Positions 1-12,626 of a stretch of DNA of 64,000 bases are shown piece by piece. The translations under genes were made by a program, and so were the position numbers. The stretch comes from Malacoraja senta (taxonomy: Eukaryota): NCBI GenBank assembly GCA_038087875.1, contig JAXLNO010000221.1, forward strand, positions 1-64,000, read 5' to 3'. The notes below the pieces were generated by a model. It was not told the DNA's origin. It saw nothing but the letters and a program-made list of their open reading frames with translations, and ran no database searches. The first letter of the stretch is position 1. Every line of letters starts with the position of its first letter.

Positions 1-468
1 GCTGATCTACATCGATGAGACCAAGCGGAGGCGTGGCGATCGTTTCGCCGAACACCTCCGCTCGGTCCGCATTAACCAACCTGATCTCCCGGTGGCTCAG
101 CACTTCAACTCCCCCTCCCATTCCGAATCTGACCTTTCTGAGCTGGGCCTCCTCCATGGCCAGAGTGAGGCCCACCGGAAACTGGAGGAGCAGCACCTTA
201 TATTCCGCTTGGGCAGTTTCCACCCTAGTGGCATGAACATTGACTTCTCCAATATCCGGTAGCCCTTGCAGTCTCCTCCCCTTCTCAGCTCTCGCTCAGC
301 CCTCGGGCTCCTCCTCTTCCTTTCTCCTTTCTTCTCCCCACCCCTCCCCCCCCACCCCCCATCCTACATCCATCTGAAGAAGGGTTTCAGCCCGAAACGT
401 TGCCTATTTCCTTCGCTCCATAGATGCTGCTGCACCCGCTGAGTTTCTCCAGCATTTTTGTCTCTACA
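1..468 (+). mobile_element. Penelope-like element 3' part: GIY-YIG endonuclease remnant plus tail
   Basis: Frame from nt 2 reads LIYIDETKRRRGDRFAEHLRSV..PVAQHFNSPSH..RKLEEQHLIFRLG..PSGMN, stop at 260-262; tail contains CTGAAGA-AGGG..CCC-GAAAC at 374-398. Confidence 0.85.
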
Positions 469-469
469 T

Positions 470-920
470 TCCATTAGCTATTGTATATTTTTATTGTCAT
501 TTCCTTAGTATTCGCATACCCAGAGGAAACAAAAAAACGTTCCTCAACCAGTGTCCATTTCAGTGTGCAGTAAAAAATAAATAGAAGTAAAAATACATAT
601 ATCATGAACAAATTAACACTCTACTCTACTAAACATCAACAGGCGTTCCGATCGGCAGCGGCACGACAGTGGCTCTGCTGCAGTGTGTCCAGGTTGGTGG
701 TTGGTGCACGATACTTTGGCAGGGGACAAAGTCCGTTTATCGGTCTTATAACCTGCGGGAAGAAGCTGAGGAGCATCCTGCTGGTTTTGCACCTAATGCT
801 CTGGTACCTCTTCCCAGATGGCAGGATGGAGAATATGTGATGCGATGGGTGGTAGGGGTCTTTGATGATGGAGATGGCTCTGCTGATACATCTCTTCCTG
901 TATATGTCCAGCAGGAAAGC
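470..920 (-). mobile_element. Rex1/Babar-like LINE 3' fragment
   Basis: IIKDPYHPSHHIFSILPSGKRYQSIRCKTSR..SFFPQ C-terminal motif. Confidence 0.7.
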
Positions 921-2500
921 TATCTTCACTGCCTGCTGTACCTGCACGCCAACTTTCAGTGACCGGTGTACAAGGACACCCAGGTCTCGCTGTACTTCCG
1001 CCTTACCTAACCTAACCCCATTGAGATAATAATCTGCCCCTTGTTTTTGTCGTCAAATAAATAACCTCACATTTATCTATATTATACTGCATCTGCCACA
1101 CATCTGCCCACTCACTCAACCTGTCCAGGTCACCCTGCAACCTCCTAACATCCTCATCACAGTTCACACTGCCACCCAACTTACTAGTGTTGCTGCTAAT
1201 TCCCTCTTCCAAATCATTAATATATATGGTAAACAGTTGCGGCCCCAACACTGAGCCTTGCGGCACTCCACTCGCCACTGCCTGCCATTCTGAAAAGGAC
1301 CCGTTCACTCCTACTCTTTGCTTCCTGTCTGCCAACCAATTTCTATCCATGTCAACACCCTACCCCCAATACCATGTGCTCTAATTTTAGTCACCAGTCC
1401 CCCGTGCGGGACCTTATCAAAAGCTTTCTGAAACTCTAGATACACTACATCCACTGGCTCCCCTTCATCCATTTTACTTGTCACATCCTCAAACAATTCC
1501 AGAAGATTAGTCAAGCATGATTTTCCTTTCATAAATCCATGTTGACTTCGACTAATCCTTTTACTGCTATCCAAATGCCCCATTATTACCTCTTTAATAA
1601 TTGACTCCAGCATCTTTCCCACCACCGAAGTCAGGCTAACTGGCCTGTAATTCCCCGTTTTCTCTCTCGCTCCTTTCTTGAAAAGTGGGATAACATTAGC
1701 TATCCTCCAATCCACAGGAACTGATCCTGAATCTATTGAACATTGGAAAATGATCTCCTGCAGCCACGTCTCAGTAATCCCCACAATGTCATATCTACCA
1801 ACCTCTAACTGAGCCTCAAGCTCATCTACTTTACTTCTGAACCTTCGCACATTCATATACAATACATTTAATTCCTTACGCATCTCACCTTTCACATCGA
1901 TCCCTATTACACTTGGCCATACTCTCCTATCCCTTTGTGAGCTTCCTTTCCCATTAATTCTGGGGTCATTAACTATCTCCTTACTCCCTTTCCCTTTAAC
2001 TCCATCATCGACTATCCCATTTGACACTCCCCCCCCCCCTTATTTAGTTTTAAACCACCTGTGTAGCAGTGGCAAACCTGCCTGCCAGAATGCTGGTCCC
2101 CCACCTGTTAAGGTGCAATCCGTCCCTTTTGTACAGTTCCCCCTTCTCCAAAACAGATCCCAGTGGTCTAAGAATCTAAATCTCTGCCCCCTGTACAAGT
2201 TCCCCAGCCATGCATTCAGGTCCCGTATCTCCCTGTTCCTGCTCTCGCCACCACGAGGAACTGGAAGCAAACCGGAGATAACAACCCTGGAGGTCCTGCT
2301 TTTCAGCATTTTTCTGAGCTCTCTAAAGTCACGCTTCAGAATATTCATCCTCTTCTTTCTGACATCGTTTGTGCCAACATGCACTACAACTTCCAGCTGT
2401 TCACCATCGCTCTTGAGGATTTTCTCCACTCTGTCCGTGACATCCTGGATCCTGGCACCTGGTAGGCAGCAAACCATCCTCGCATCCCGTCTGTTGCCTC
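921..2500 (-). mobile_element. CR1 LINE, internally deleted (ORF1 SGNH esterase, APE start, RT)
   Basis: CLPGARIQDV..VHVGTND (ORF1); YDIVGITETWL (APE); [29 protein letters not shown] (RT). Confidence 0.9.
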
Positions 2501-3189
2501 ACGTCATAGTTACTGTCATGAGGCTCTGGACACATTGTAAAAATGATTCCAGCATCAACAACAGAGCAGTGAGCAGGAGGTGGATGATCCTCTGGAGGGG
2601 ACCTCTTCGCTGGGCCCATCCACCAGCATTCCAGGAGGCAGATGTTGCAGGAGAGCAACAGTGGCGGCACCACACCTGGAGGGGATGACGAAGGGAGAGG
2701 TTTTAAAGACCACTTGACTGTTGTAAGTACATAGTTAGAAGTCAGCACATTTCAATTCTCATTCCCCAATGCATCCATCCATCCACCATTGCGCTCTTAA
2801 CATGGGTTCTTATGTTTCAGCTCACTGACCTTGTAAAAGGTATAAAAGTGATGAGTGATGCACGCAGGGAAACGACACCGCAATACGACCATGTATTTAA
2901 AGTCTGTGAGTGTGTGGCCTCAGTGATAACCAACAATCCCACAGGGAACGTGTGGGCGTTCACAAAACTTCTCTTGACTAATGCAATCGTCTACCACGAG
3001 AATGTAAATATGCCATTTCAATTATAACTACTTCTGTTATCGCTTGGATTCAATATCTTTACTTCTCATATGAGATTGTCACAATGATTTAATGTGTGTT
3101 GGTATACAATTCAAAGCGTATTATTTTGTGTTAGATTGTAGTTTAACACTCCCTAATTTTTTGTATTATTATTGGGCTGTAAATGTCAA

Positions 3190-4296
3190 AAATGTGATTC
3201 ACCTGTTGGTCAACTCTGCCCAACGGGTGGATTGGATAGTAATGGAGAGAGAGGATTGCTCCCCTTTTAATATAGGAACGATCCTTCTCTCACCAATAAA
3301 ACTGAATAATACAATATACTGTAAAAATCCAATTATTCATAGTACAATTAGAATTTGGAAACAAATAAAATGAACCCTAAAATTAAGAAACCTATCGCTT
3401 CTCTCTCCCATAATGAATAAATCCGTCGTTTAAACCATCCATTATAGATAAATCATTTACACATTGGGAAAGAATAGGAATTAAAACGTTTGGAGACATG
3501 TATGAAAATGGAATTTTTTTATCATTCCAACAACTACAACTTAAATACAATCTGAGAAGTAATCAATATTTTAAATATCTTCATCAAAATATCACGAATA
3601 TCAAAATTTGTCTCCAGACCTATTGAAGCAATGAATATAAAGGCGGAATCAACTAATTTAATATCATACTTGTATAATATAGAAACCGAACGCAGAATTG
3701 ATTATTTTTGGAACAATGGAAGCCAGCTTTGAGCTGACTTTGTTCCAAAAGAGCTTCCTTAATTACAGCTTAATAATGCCAAAAAAACGTATACTTAAAT
3801 TCTGGAAAAACGCTCCCACACCAACGATAAGAATGTGGATTTCAAATATGTCCGAATTGTTACACCTGGAAGACATGAGATTCCTTCTAGCAGGCAAATC
3901 AGACCATTTCCAAAAGATTTGGTCTCCATTTATCGACTTATTACAAGCATAAGGTGCAACATAACTTTGAAAATAAATGGTTTCAGGACCTGGAGAGGGG
4001 GTGTGTAAAGATACAAAGTAGCTACATCCCTTTTATCTTATTTTACTTTCTTATATCTTCTGTTCTCTATTTTTCTTTCTTTTCCTTTGGTTTTCTTTTT
4101 AACTCTTTCTTGTGTTTTACGTTTCTATGGGTTTCTTCTGATCACTCTTTCACGCACTTACTATCTTATCCAACTCTCTATTCTTCTCCTTTTTAAAGTT
4201 TAAAACAAGAAGTGGTACAGGTAATTATTATGTTATTTTTGGCTTACATCACTGTAATGTACATTACTTCTAATAAATAAAATATTTTAAAAAAAA
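3190..4296 (+). mobile_element. Decayed L1-clade LINE 3' end
   Basis: DWIVMEREDC..NPIIHSTIRIWKQ and ILKFWKNAPTPTIRMWI..IWSPFI match the L1 at 30.8-33.6 kb; ends in AATAAA plus A-rich tail. Confidence 0.75.
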
Positions 4297-5599
4297 TTGT
4301 AGTTTAAATAATTTTCATTCACAACCGCATAAGGCCATAAAACTAATTATCTTCCTTGAGTGGTGTGATGCAAGAATAGTCCATGATTTGCCCGAAAAGA
4401 CATCATACATTTTCATAAGGTTTACAGTAAAATCTGGAATAACCCAACTGCACCTTTTTATGGTCTGCTGAAAAGCTTTTAACATGTACTTCCTAATTCT
4501 TTTCCAGAGAACCATACTCACGTTCACACATCTGCAGCCTGCTGTAACAGCCTTAACTGCATTGGCATCTGAATATGCAGACGGCTGTCGCCGTGGTACA
4601 GAAACAGCTGTGGATGAAGGGAGAGAGAGAGGCTCAGAGACATGGGTCTGTAGTAAAGTTTACCCTTTGATGTAGATTCTTATTTGTATGTTAATGTTAA
4701 TTCCCTGTTTGAGCTGGTTTTCATTTTGTTTGCAAACTCCCACATTTTGTAGTGGGTGATAGTTAAACACCTTTTTAAGAATCCATTTGATTCTCACCGT
4801 TTGTTTACTTTTGAACACAATAAAAGAGAGTTCTATGTTCTCAAAATAAAATTGATGTCTGCAAGTCTTCATTTTAATATAATTCCATAGTATCATGACT
4901 TTAATGTACTATTTCCTTCATCATGAAACACCAAATAGAGGATGCGATCTACTCACATCTTACATCTCACAATCATTTGCTGTGCCTTTTAAATGTAAAA
5001 TAATTTTACCTCAGAAAATAAGACAAACTGCACTGTGAATGTGAAACAGTCTTTATTCATCTTGTTCAATAAATAAAGGCCATTTTTACACATCTTAATA
5101 AATGGAGCACCACAGCAAACAATGGTGGTTTGCAATAGGGCTTACCGTATTTCAATTAGCAAATGAAACACAAATATATTTTTCTAGTATTTCTTATCAT
5201 TCAGCTGACAAATGAAGCACCAGCCTACATTCTGACAATAAAACAGACAATGCAATGAATTCAAGGGCTGTTTGCAGATCTCCCTACACTAATCAGACCA
5301 GCAGATGCATGATAAATACTACTTTATGAATCAACATCTGCAATGAAATTATTTACACAAAAATGAAAATAAAAATCCACACTTAAACTGAAATCAAACA
5401 AAATCAGCAGGATTTAAACTAAACATAACATTCACTGATCTTGTCTGCATGTGGGTTCTCCTCATGCACTGGTATACCTGTTGTCTGCTGTCCCTCAAAT
5501 GACTTCGTTCTGCCACGGCACACTGCCCAGTGCTGAGTACTGCCCAGTATGAGCAGAGATGGTCTCTCGGCTCATTTGCACACTTAAGGGCCTGTCCCA

Positions 5600-6267
5600 C
5601 TCAAACAAGTTAATAAGGCATGACCAGCCGTGTACAAAGCTATGCTGGCTATCCCTAAATCAGCCCATTTTCATCCAAATGGGAGTAAATCCTATCTTGA
5701 AGAATCCTCTTCAATACCTTCCGTACCACTGATGTGACGCTCATGAGTCAGGATGAAGAGTACAAATTACAGCAGGAGATACAACCAGCATGTAAGAAAG
5801 GCCATGTTACAGGGAATTTCAATATGCAGGTAGACTAGGAAAATCAGGCTGGTACTGGATCCCAAGAGAAGGTATTTGTAGTGTGCCTGCGAGATGGCTT
5901 CTTAGAGCGGTTTGTGGTTGAGCCTACCAGGGAAAAGACAATTCTGTATTCGGTGTTGTGCAAGAACTGGATTTGATTAGGGAGCTTAAGGTAAAGGAAC
6001 CCCTAGGAATTTGTGGCATAATATGATAAAATTCAACCTGCAGTTTGAGAAGATGAAATCAGATGTGACGGCATTACTGTAGAGTCAAGGTAACTACAGA
6101 GGCATGAGTAAGGAGGTGGCTATTGTTGAGTACAAGGCGATCCAAGCAAGAATGATTGTGGAATAGCAATGGCAGAAGTTTCTGAGAATAATTTGGAAGT
6201 TGCAGGATCTTTTCATCCCAAAGAGGAAGAAAGATTCTGAGGGAAGAATGAGGCGACTGTGGCTGAC
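5600..6267. mobile_element. Old CR1 fragments
   Basis: Degenerate similarity to the CR1 ORF2 at 6858-7200 (e.g. gaggaagaaagattc..gggaagaatgaggcgactgtggctgac). Confidence 0.6.
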
Positions 6268-6270
6268 TAA

Positions 6271-6700
6271 AGGGGCTGTCCCACTTGGGCCACCTAATCC
6301 GCGATGGCAATAAAAATACAACTCCTGCTGTTTGCAGCAGGCCTTTTACTTCTGCAGCCTAAAGGCAGATGGGCAAGAACAAGGGTGAAGAGGAAGCACA
6401 AGAAGAGGTCTCAGTGGGTGAAGCCCCTCTTGCAAAGAAGATTCAGGCTTGGACAGTATGAGAACCTGATAAATGTGCTGTATGAGGGGGATTTGTCTGC
6501 TTTTAAAACGTTACAAGAATACCCCCTGACCTGTTTAATGACAAACATGGGCCCTCTGCTGAAAAAGCCACAGGAACCAGGCCTGCGCCTAGCCATCACC
6601 CTCCGCTGTGGGCCAAATGGATTCTTGGGTGACAGCTCAGTCACTCAAGCCTGATGTGCTGGCAGCTCACTCACGCCTGGTGGGCGAGCAGTTGACTCAC
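6271..6700 (+). mobile_element. PIF/Harbinger transposon remnant (left TIR and transposase N-terminal fragment)
   Basis: TAA followed by AGGGGCTGTCCCAC (same terminus as the MITE at 52936); translation includes EPGLRLAITLR, resembling the Harbinger RLAITLRYLATG motif. Confidence 0.6.
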
Positions 6701-6857
6701 GGATATTCCTTGAAATTCAATTTCAAGCAGGGGGCAAGGCCACAAAATTCAAATGCAGTTTCATGCCATTTCAAGCAGGGTGCAAGGCCACCGAATTCAA
6801 GTGCAGTTACCTACCACTTCATTTCAAAGCAGTTACCACCACCAACACCCATTTACA

Positions 6858-7825
6858 GTGGGGCAATTCTGGATTTAGTGTTATGTAATGAACCGAGTTT
6901 CATAAAGGACCTCGAGGTTAATGAGCCATTAGGAGGCAGTGACCATAACATGGTCAGGTTTAATCTACAATTAGAGAGGGAGAAGAGTAGATCAGAGGTG
7001 GCAGTGTTGCAGTTGAATAAAGGGGACTATGGGGCCATGAGGGAGGAGCTGGCCAAAGGTGACTGGAAAGATACCCTAGCAGGGATGACAGTGGAACAAA
7101 AATGGCAGACATTTCTAGGAATAATACAGAAGGTGCAGCATCAGTTCATTCCTAGGAGGAAGAAAGATTCCAAGGGGAGAAAGGGACGACCATGGCTGAC
7201 AAGGGACGTCAGGGACAGTATAAAAATTAAAGCGAAGAAGTACAACGTAGCAAAGATGAGCGGGAAGCAAGAGGATTGGGTAATGTTTAAAGAACAACAG
7301 AAGATAACCAAAAAGACAATACGGGGAGAAAAGATGAGGTACGGAGGTAAGCTAGCCAGGAATATAAAGCAGGATAGTAAAAGCTTCTTTAGGTATGGAA
7401 AGACGAAAAAATTAGTGAAGACCAAAGTTAGACCCTTGAAGACCGAAAAAGGTGAATTTATTATGGGGAACAAGGAAATGGCAGATGAGTTGAACAGGTA
7501 CTTTGGATCTGACTTCACTAAGGAGGACACAAACAATCTTCCTGATATAGTAGTGGCCAGAGGATCTGGGGTGACTGAGGAACTGAAGGAAATCAACATT
7601 AGGCAGGAATTGGTGTTGGATAGACTGATGGGACTGAAGGCTGATAAATCCCCAGGGCCCGATGGTCTGCATCCCAGGGTACTTAAGGAAGTGGCTCTAG
7701 AAATCGTGGATGCATTGGTGATAATTTTCCAATGTTCTATAGACTCAGGATCAGTTCCTGTGGATTGGAGGATAGCTAATGTTATCCCACTTTTTAAGAA
7801 AGGCGGGAGAGAGAAACAGGGGATT
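6858..7825 (+). mobile_element. CR1 ORF2 segment, left part of a copy interrupted by the DIRS insertion
   Basis: AILDLVL..LGGSDHN..KSPGPDGLHPRVLKE..DWRIANVIPLFKKG; continues as (N)YRPVSLTS at 14383. Confidence 0.92.
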
Positions 7826-10800
7826 TTACTTCGTGAGTGACTACGTGAAGAACCCGTCCAGCACGCATGCGCGACATTAGCGTTCACGCAGTGCAACAGC
7901 GACGACCAGGAGTACAGGCGCTCCCGCTACACGTCGGTGAAAACTAAAACAGCGGACCATCAGGTAAGTCTTACACTGAGGTCGTAATCAGCAAGCTGTG
8001 CTCTGCTCTCTATTCCAGGGGTACTGGGAACATGAGCAGCACGGCAAAGGAAGAAAACCGCCCCCCGTTCGACTCCAACAGAACGGGAGTGTTCCATCAG
8101 TGGGGGGCGAGAGGCGGCACCTGGACCGTATATGCGGCGGTCCACCCTCATCGAGACCGAGCCGAGCCCAGTCCCGCTAGCGCAGCCTGATGAGCGGCAG
8201 CGGGCTGGAGGAAAAGTTTTTAAAAAAAATAAAAAAATAAAAAACGGCCGGTTATGTCTGACTCCGATGAGGAGGGTCCGCCTTAGAGCGGCAGAGCTAG
8301 CCGCCTGAGCCGAATGGAAAGGCTCATGGAGCAACTGCTCCAGCGAGACTTGCTTCGGGAGCTGGAGCAGTCTCGCCAGGGGGATCAGGCACTCCCACAG
8401 CAGTGCTCTACAATGCACTGGCCATCGCTTTCCCCTCAAAGCAGGGCAGCGTTGGCGACCAGGGCTGGGCTGGTCAGGAACAGGGGTCATTGGCTGAAGA
8501 TGTCGGGAGTACGCTTGGGGTACAGGATCAGGAAGAGCTGCTGGGTGTGGAGATTCGCTACGTGGTTTCACCACGAGCAGGGCGGCCATTGGAGCCAAAA
8601 CTGGCGGCCAGCATCAACAACCTGTCCCTCAAACCCCTACAAGACAGGTACTTAATGAGGCACTAGAGCTGGAAAACTGCAGTTCGCTCAATGTACTGGC
8701 TGTTAACAGCCAAATCTGGGGGGGGGGACAGAGTATCCGGAACCAGGAGCTAAAATCCTCAAGCTCCTGACGACAGGGATAACAGCCTATGCTCGTTCCG
8801 TGGATGGGGTGGATATGACCACAAACCAGCAAGACACTCTGGCTCTGCTGTGCTACACCCAATATGAGATAAATAACCTCCGCAAGGAGAGAATAAGACC
8901 TGCCCTCAATCCCAGGTTTGCAGGACTGTGTAAAACACCGGCCTCAGAGCCGCAGATCCTGTTATTTGGAAGGACAAGTGAAAGACCTGGAGGAAGAGTC
9001 CAAAGCATTTGGCCTCATGAGGGCAGGCCCCGGAACGAGCAGACCCACACAAAAAACCAGACGGCAGTACCCCACCGCGTCCACCAGTCAAGGTCGAATT
9101 TATGTAACTGGTGAAAGCTCGGGGTCCGCATACTATCCCCGAAAGCCTTTTTAGGCCAGGGCCCAGAGCGGACCCCATGGAAAATGCGCCACCCCCAATC
9201 AGCAGTACATCAGCAGTACATCCAGCAGTATAACGACGGATGAACAAACGGAAGAAAGGAACACTACCATAACTATGGAGGTAGGTGGGTCTGGTTCCTA
9301 CCAGCATGTAAATGGGGAACTGTACTAACAGGAGGTGTCTCACGAATGATAGTTATATACTTAACAGTATTCGGGGATACAAAATAGAGTTCATTCAAGA
9401 AAACATGCCACCAGTTCAGCACGTACCCCAAAGGGTCTTTACCCTCTCAGTCAAAGAGAACTAGAGGCTCAAGCGGAACTGGTGAGGTTACTTACAAAGG
9501 GTGTCATTGAGAAATCCAAACATGATCCTTTGGAATTTGTCTCAAATATATTTACCAAAAGCAATAAAGATGGTGGATGTCGCATCATCATTGACTTAAC
9601 CTCACTAAATACCTTTGTTAAGTATGTACATTTCAAAATGAAAACATTTGTAACTGCTAAACAACTGATTTCCAAAGGATACTTTATGGCAAGCATTGAT
9701 TTAAAAGATGCCTACTATTCAGTACCCATTCACAAGGGTCATCGCAGATACCTGAAAATTTACCTGGATGGGGCAACTATGGCAGTATAAAGTGTTGCCT
9801 AATGGGTTGACATCAGCCTTAGACTATTTACCAAGATATTAAAACCAGCCTTGGCAACATTAACGAAACAAAGACATATTGTCATGGCGTATCTTGATGA
9901 TATCCTAATAGTAGGCAAAACCATGGAGTTGGCTAAATCAGCTGTATTAGCTACCAAACAATTGTTTGAAACCCTGGGTTTGTCATACATCCAGATAAAT
10001 CTAAGTTGACGCCATCCACAACTATGGACTATCTGGGATTCACAATTAACTCAATCCACATGTCTGTAACGTTGCCAAAAGGTAAAGCAGCAGAATTGGC
10101 ACAGATGTGCGACAATTTAATGGGAAGCAATCGACCAACCATCCGACAAGTGACAAGAGTAATTGGCAAAATGGTAGCAGCATTTTCAGCTACACAATTT
10201 GGACTCCTGCACTATCAGCACCTACAAAGGGCAAAAGTACAGGCGTTGAAACGACATGCAGGTCACTTTGACAGATCCATGAAACTACCCATTGAAGCAA
10301 TATCAGAGTTACAATGGTGGATATAACACATTTGGCATAGTTCCAGCCCTATCATCATCAATAACCCAACGTTAACTATACAAACAGATGCCAGTGCTCA
10401 AGGCTGGGGAGCAACTAATACCATATCCAGCACAGGTGGTAGATGGACTAACCTAGACTCGTCTTTACTACAAACACTGGGCATAAATTATTTGGAAATG
10501 TTGGGTGCGTTTTATGGTTTTAAAGCATATTCTAGGAATATGCACAACTTGCATGTTCATTTACAAATTGATAATATCACGGTGGTGGCCTATATTAACC
10601 ATATGACCGGAATAAAATCGATATCATGTGACAATTGGGTCAACACAATCTGGTAATGGTGGGTCGATAGACATATTTGGCTATCAGCAACTTACCTACC
10701 AGGTAAGCTAAATACAGTGCCAGGTCACGCAAATTCAATGATAAACACCGAATGGATGTTAAATCCTAGAGCTTTTGCTAAAATTACAAACCAATATGGC

Positions 10801-12626
10801 ACACCAGATATCGATCTCTTTGCATCCAGACTAAATCACCACGTACCAATGTATGTCCCTTGGAAACCACACCCTGAGGCAGCAGCGATAGATGCATTCG
10901 CGCTGAACTGGGGGACCGATTTCTTCTATGCTTTTTCCCCTTCTGCCTTAATCTGTAGGGTACTACGCAAAATACAGATGGACTCTGCTTCAGGTATTTT
11001 GATAGTACCAACTGGCCTACACAGCCATGGTTCCCAGTGGTCCTCGACATGGTCATCAAAACTCCTATGACCTTCCCAGTAGCCCAGACCTATTGACGCA
11101 CCCTGTATCAGGCATAAGTCATCCATGCCATGGCAAAATTAACCTACTGGGTTGCAGATTATCAAAAGACCACTGCTGGGACTGGGATTGTCTGACAGGA
11201 CCATCAACATGATGACACCGTATGTCCACCAGGAAACAATACCTATCGAGCATCAGGAAGTGGGAAAGATACTGCTCGACTACTGGGACAACGTACTCAT
11301 CTGCAACCATAACCAATGTACTGGAGTTCCTGGGGGGCCTTCACCATAATGAAGGATTGAGCTACAGCGCCATCAATACTGCCAGACGTGCGCTGTCAGC
11401 CTACTTAAAACAGGTGCCAGGACAACAGGCCACAGGGTCTCACCCGCTGGTGATCAAACTCATGAGGAGTATCGTCAACTCCAACCCTCTTAGACCCAGG
11501 TATACACAAATCTGGGATGTCAGTGTGGTCCTGACATACCTAAGGGGATGGTCCCCAGCCAGGTCTCACCCTGGAAAAGCTAACCCTGAAAACGGTCATG
11601 CTGATGCCACTAGTCTCAGCACAAAGAGTCCAGTGCCTCCACTTACTGCGACTGGACAACATGGTTATAACACCAGACCGGGTCTCATTCACCATTCAGG
11701 AGCTGCTAAAGCAGAGCAAGCCAGGAACTTGAGTCCTAGTTATGGATTTCCGGGCATACCCACCTGACCTACGGTTGTGTGTCATGACTCACTTATTCAC
11801 TTACATCAACACAACAAGAGATTCTCGAGGGAGAAAGGAAAAAAAAAAATAATAATAATAAATAAATAAAAAAGCCTTATGGGTCAGCCACAAGAAACCT
11901 CATGGTTGGGTGTCGAGCCAAACCATCTCGAGATGGCTCAAGCAGGTACTGGGAGCTGCTGGAGTAGATACTGATGTATATACATCTCACTCCACCAGGG
12001 CAGCATCCACATCGGCGGCTAAAAGAATGAACATGGAGAAAACGTTCCAAACGTTCTACCACAAGCCGCTAGCAGAACCTGTGTTATTTGCAGAAGAGTT
12101 TTAAAATCTGCAAAAATATATAATTTAAGCCCGGGGGAGCATTTTGTCTTTTGTTATTGTTTAATAGATACCATTATTGTTTACAAACAGATTATGGTTG
12201 ATTACGATAACATACTTCCTCCCTTGAATGACTTCGGCAGCGAGTGAAGTATGAACTGTTACACGGTTTGAAATCACAGAGCTTTAAAATCTTCACGTAG
12301 TCACTCACGTGACTCCGAAGTAAAATAGTAAGATTAAACGAGAACTTACCAGTTTGAAGTTTGATCTGTATTTTATGAGGAGTTACGATGAGGGATTACG
12401 TGCCCTCCGCTCCCACCCTCAAATATATAGATCAACAGGTATCTTAGTTCTCCTTTTCTTTACTATGTTTATTTCAATTATTGTGTTTCCTGTGATTCCA
12501 CACCGCTGCTTTGAAGAATGTCGCGCATGCGTGCTGGACGGGTCCTTCACGTAATCCCTCATCGTAACTCCTCATAAAATACAGATCAAACTTCAAACTG
12601 GTAAGTTCTCGTTTAATCTTACTATT
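7823..12626 (+). mobile_element. DIRS1-type tyrosine-recombinase retrotransposon, full length but frameshifted
   Basis: Left ITR 7823-7878 is inverse to right ITR ~12517-12553; ICR 12290-12402 is complementary to both ends; RT IDLKDAYY and AYLDDIL (~9890), RNase H TDASAQGWG (~10385), methyltransferase-like IDLFASRLN..DAF..YAFSP, YR SHSTRAAS (~11985). Confidence 0.93.

Noticed and set aside
2040..2477. SGNH esterase as a host enzyme
   Set aside because: Typical CR1 ORF1 domain, directly upstream of CR1 ORF2
6608..7840. 410-aa ORF as a host or fusion gene
   Set aside because: CR1 ORF2 fragment with chance open upstream repeat sequence, terminated inside the DIRS end
10717..11070. Methyltransferase-like motif as a horizontally acquired gene
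   Set aside because: Known standard domain of DIRS1 pol
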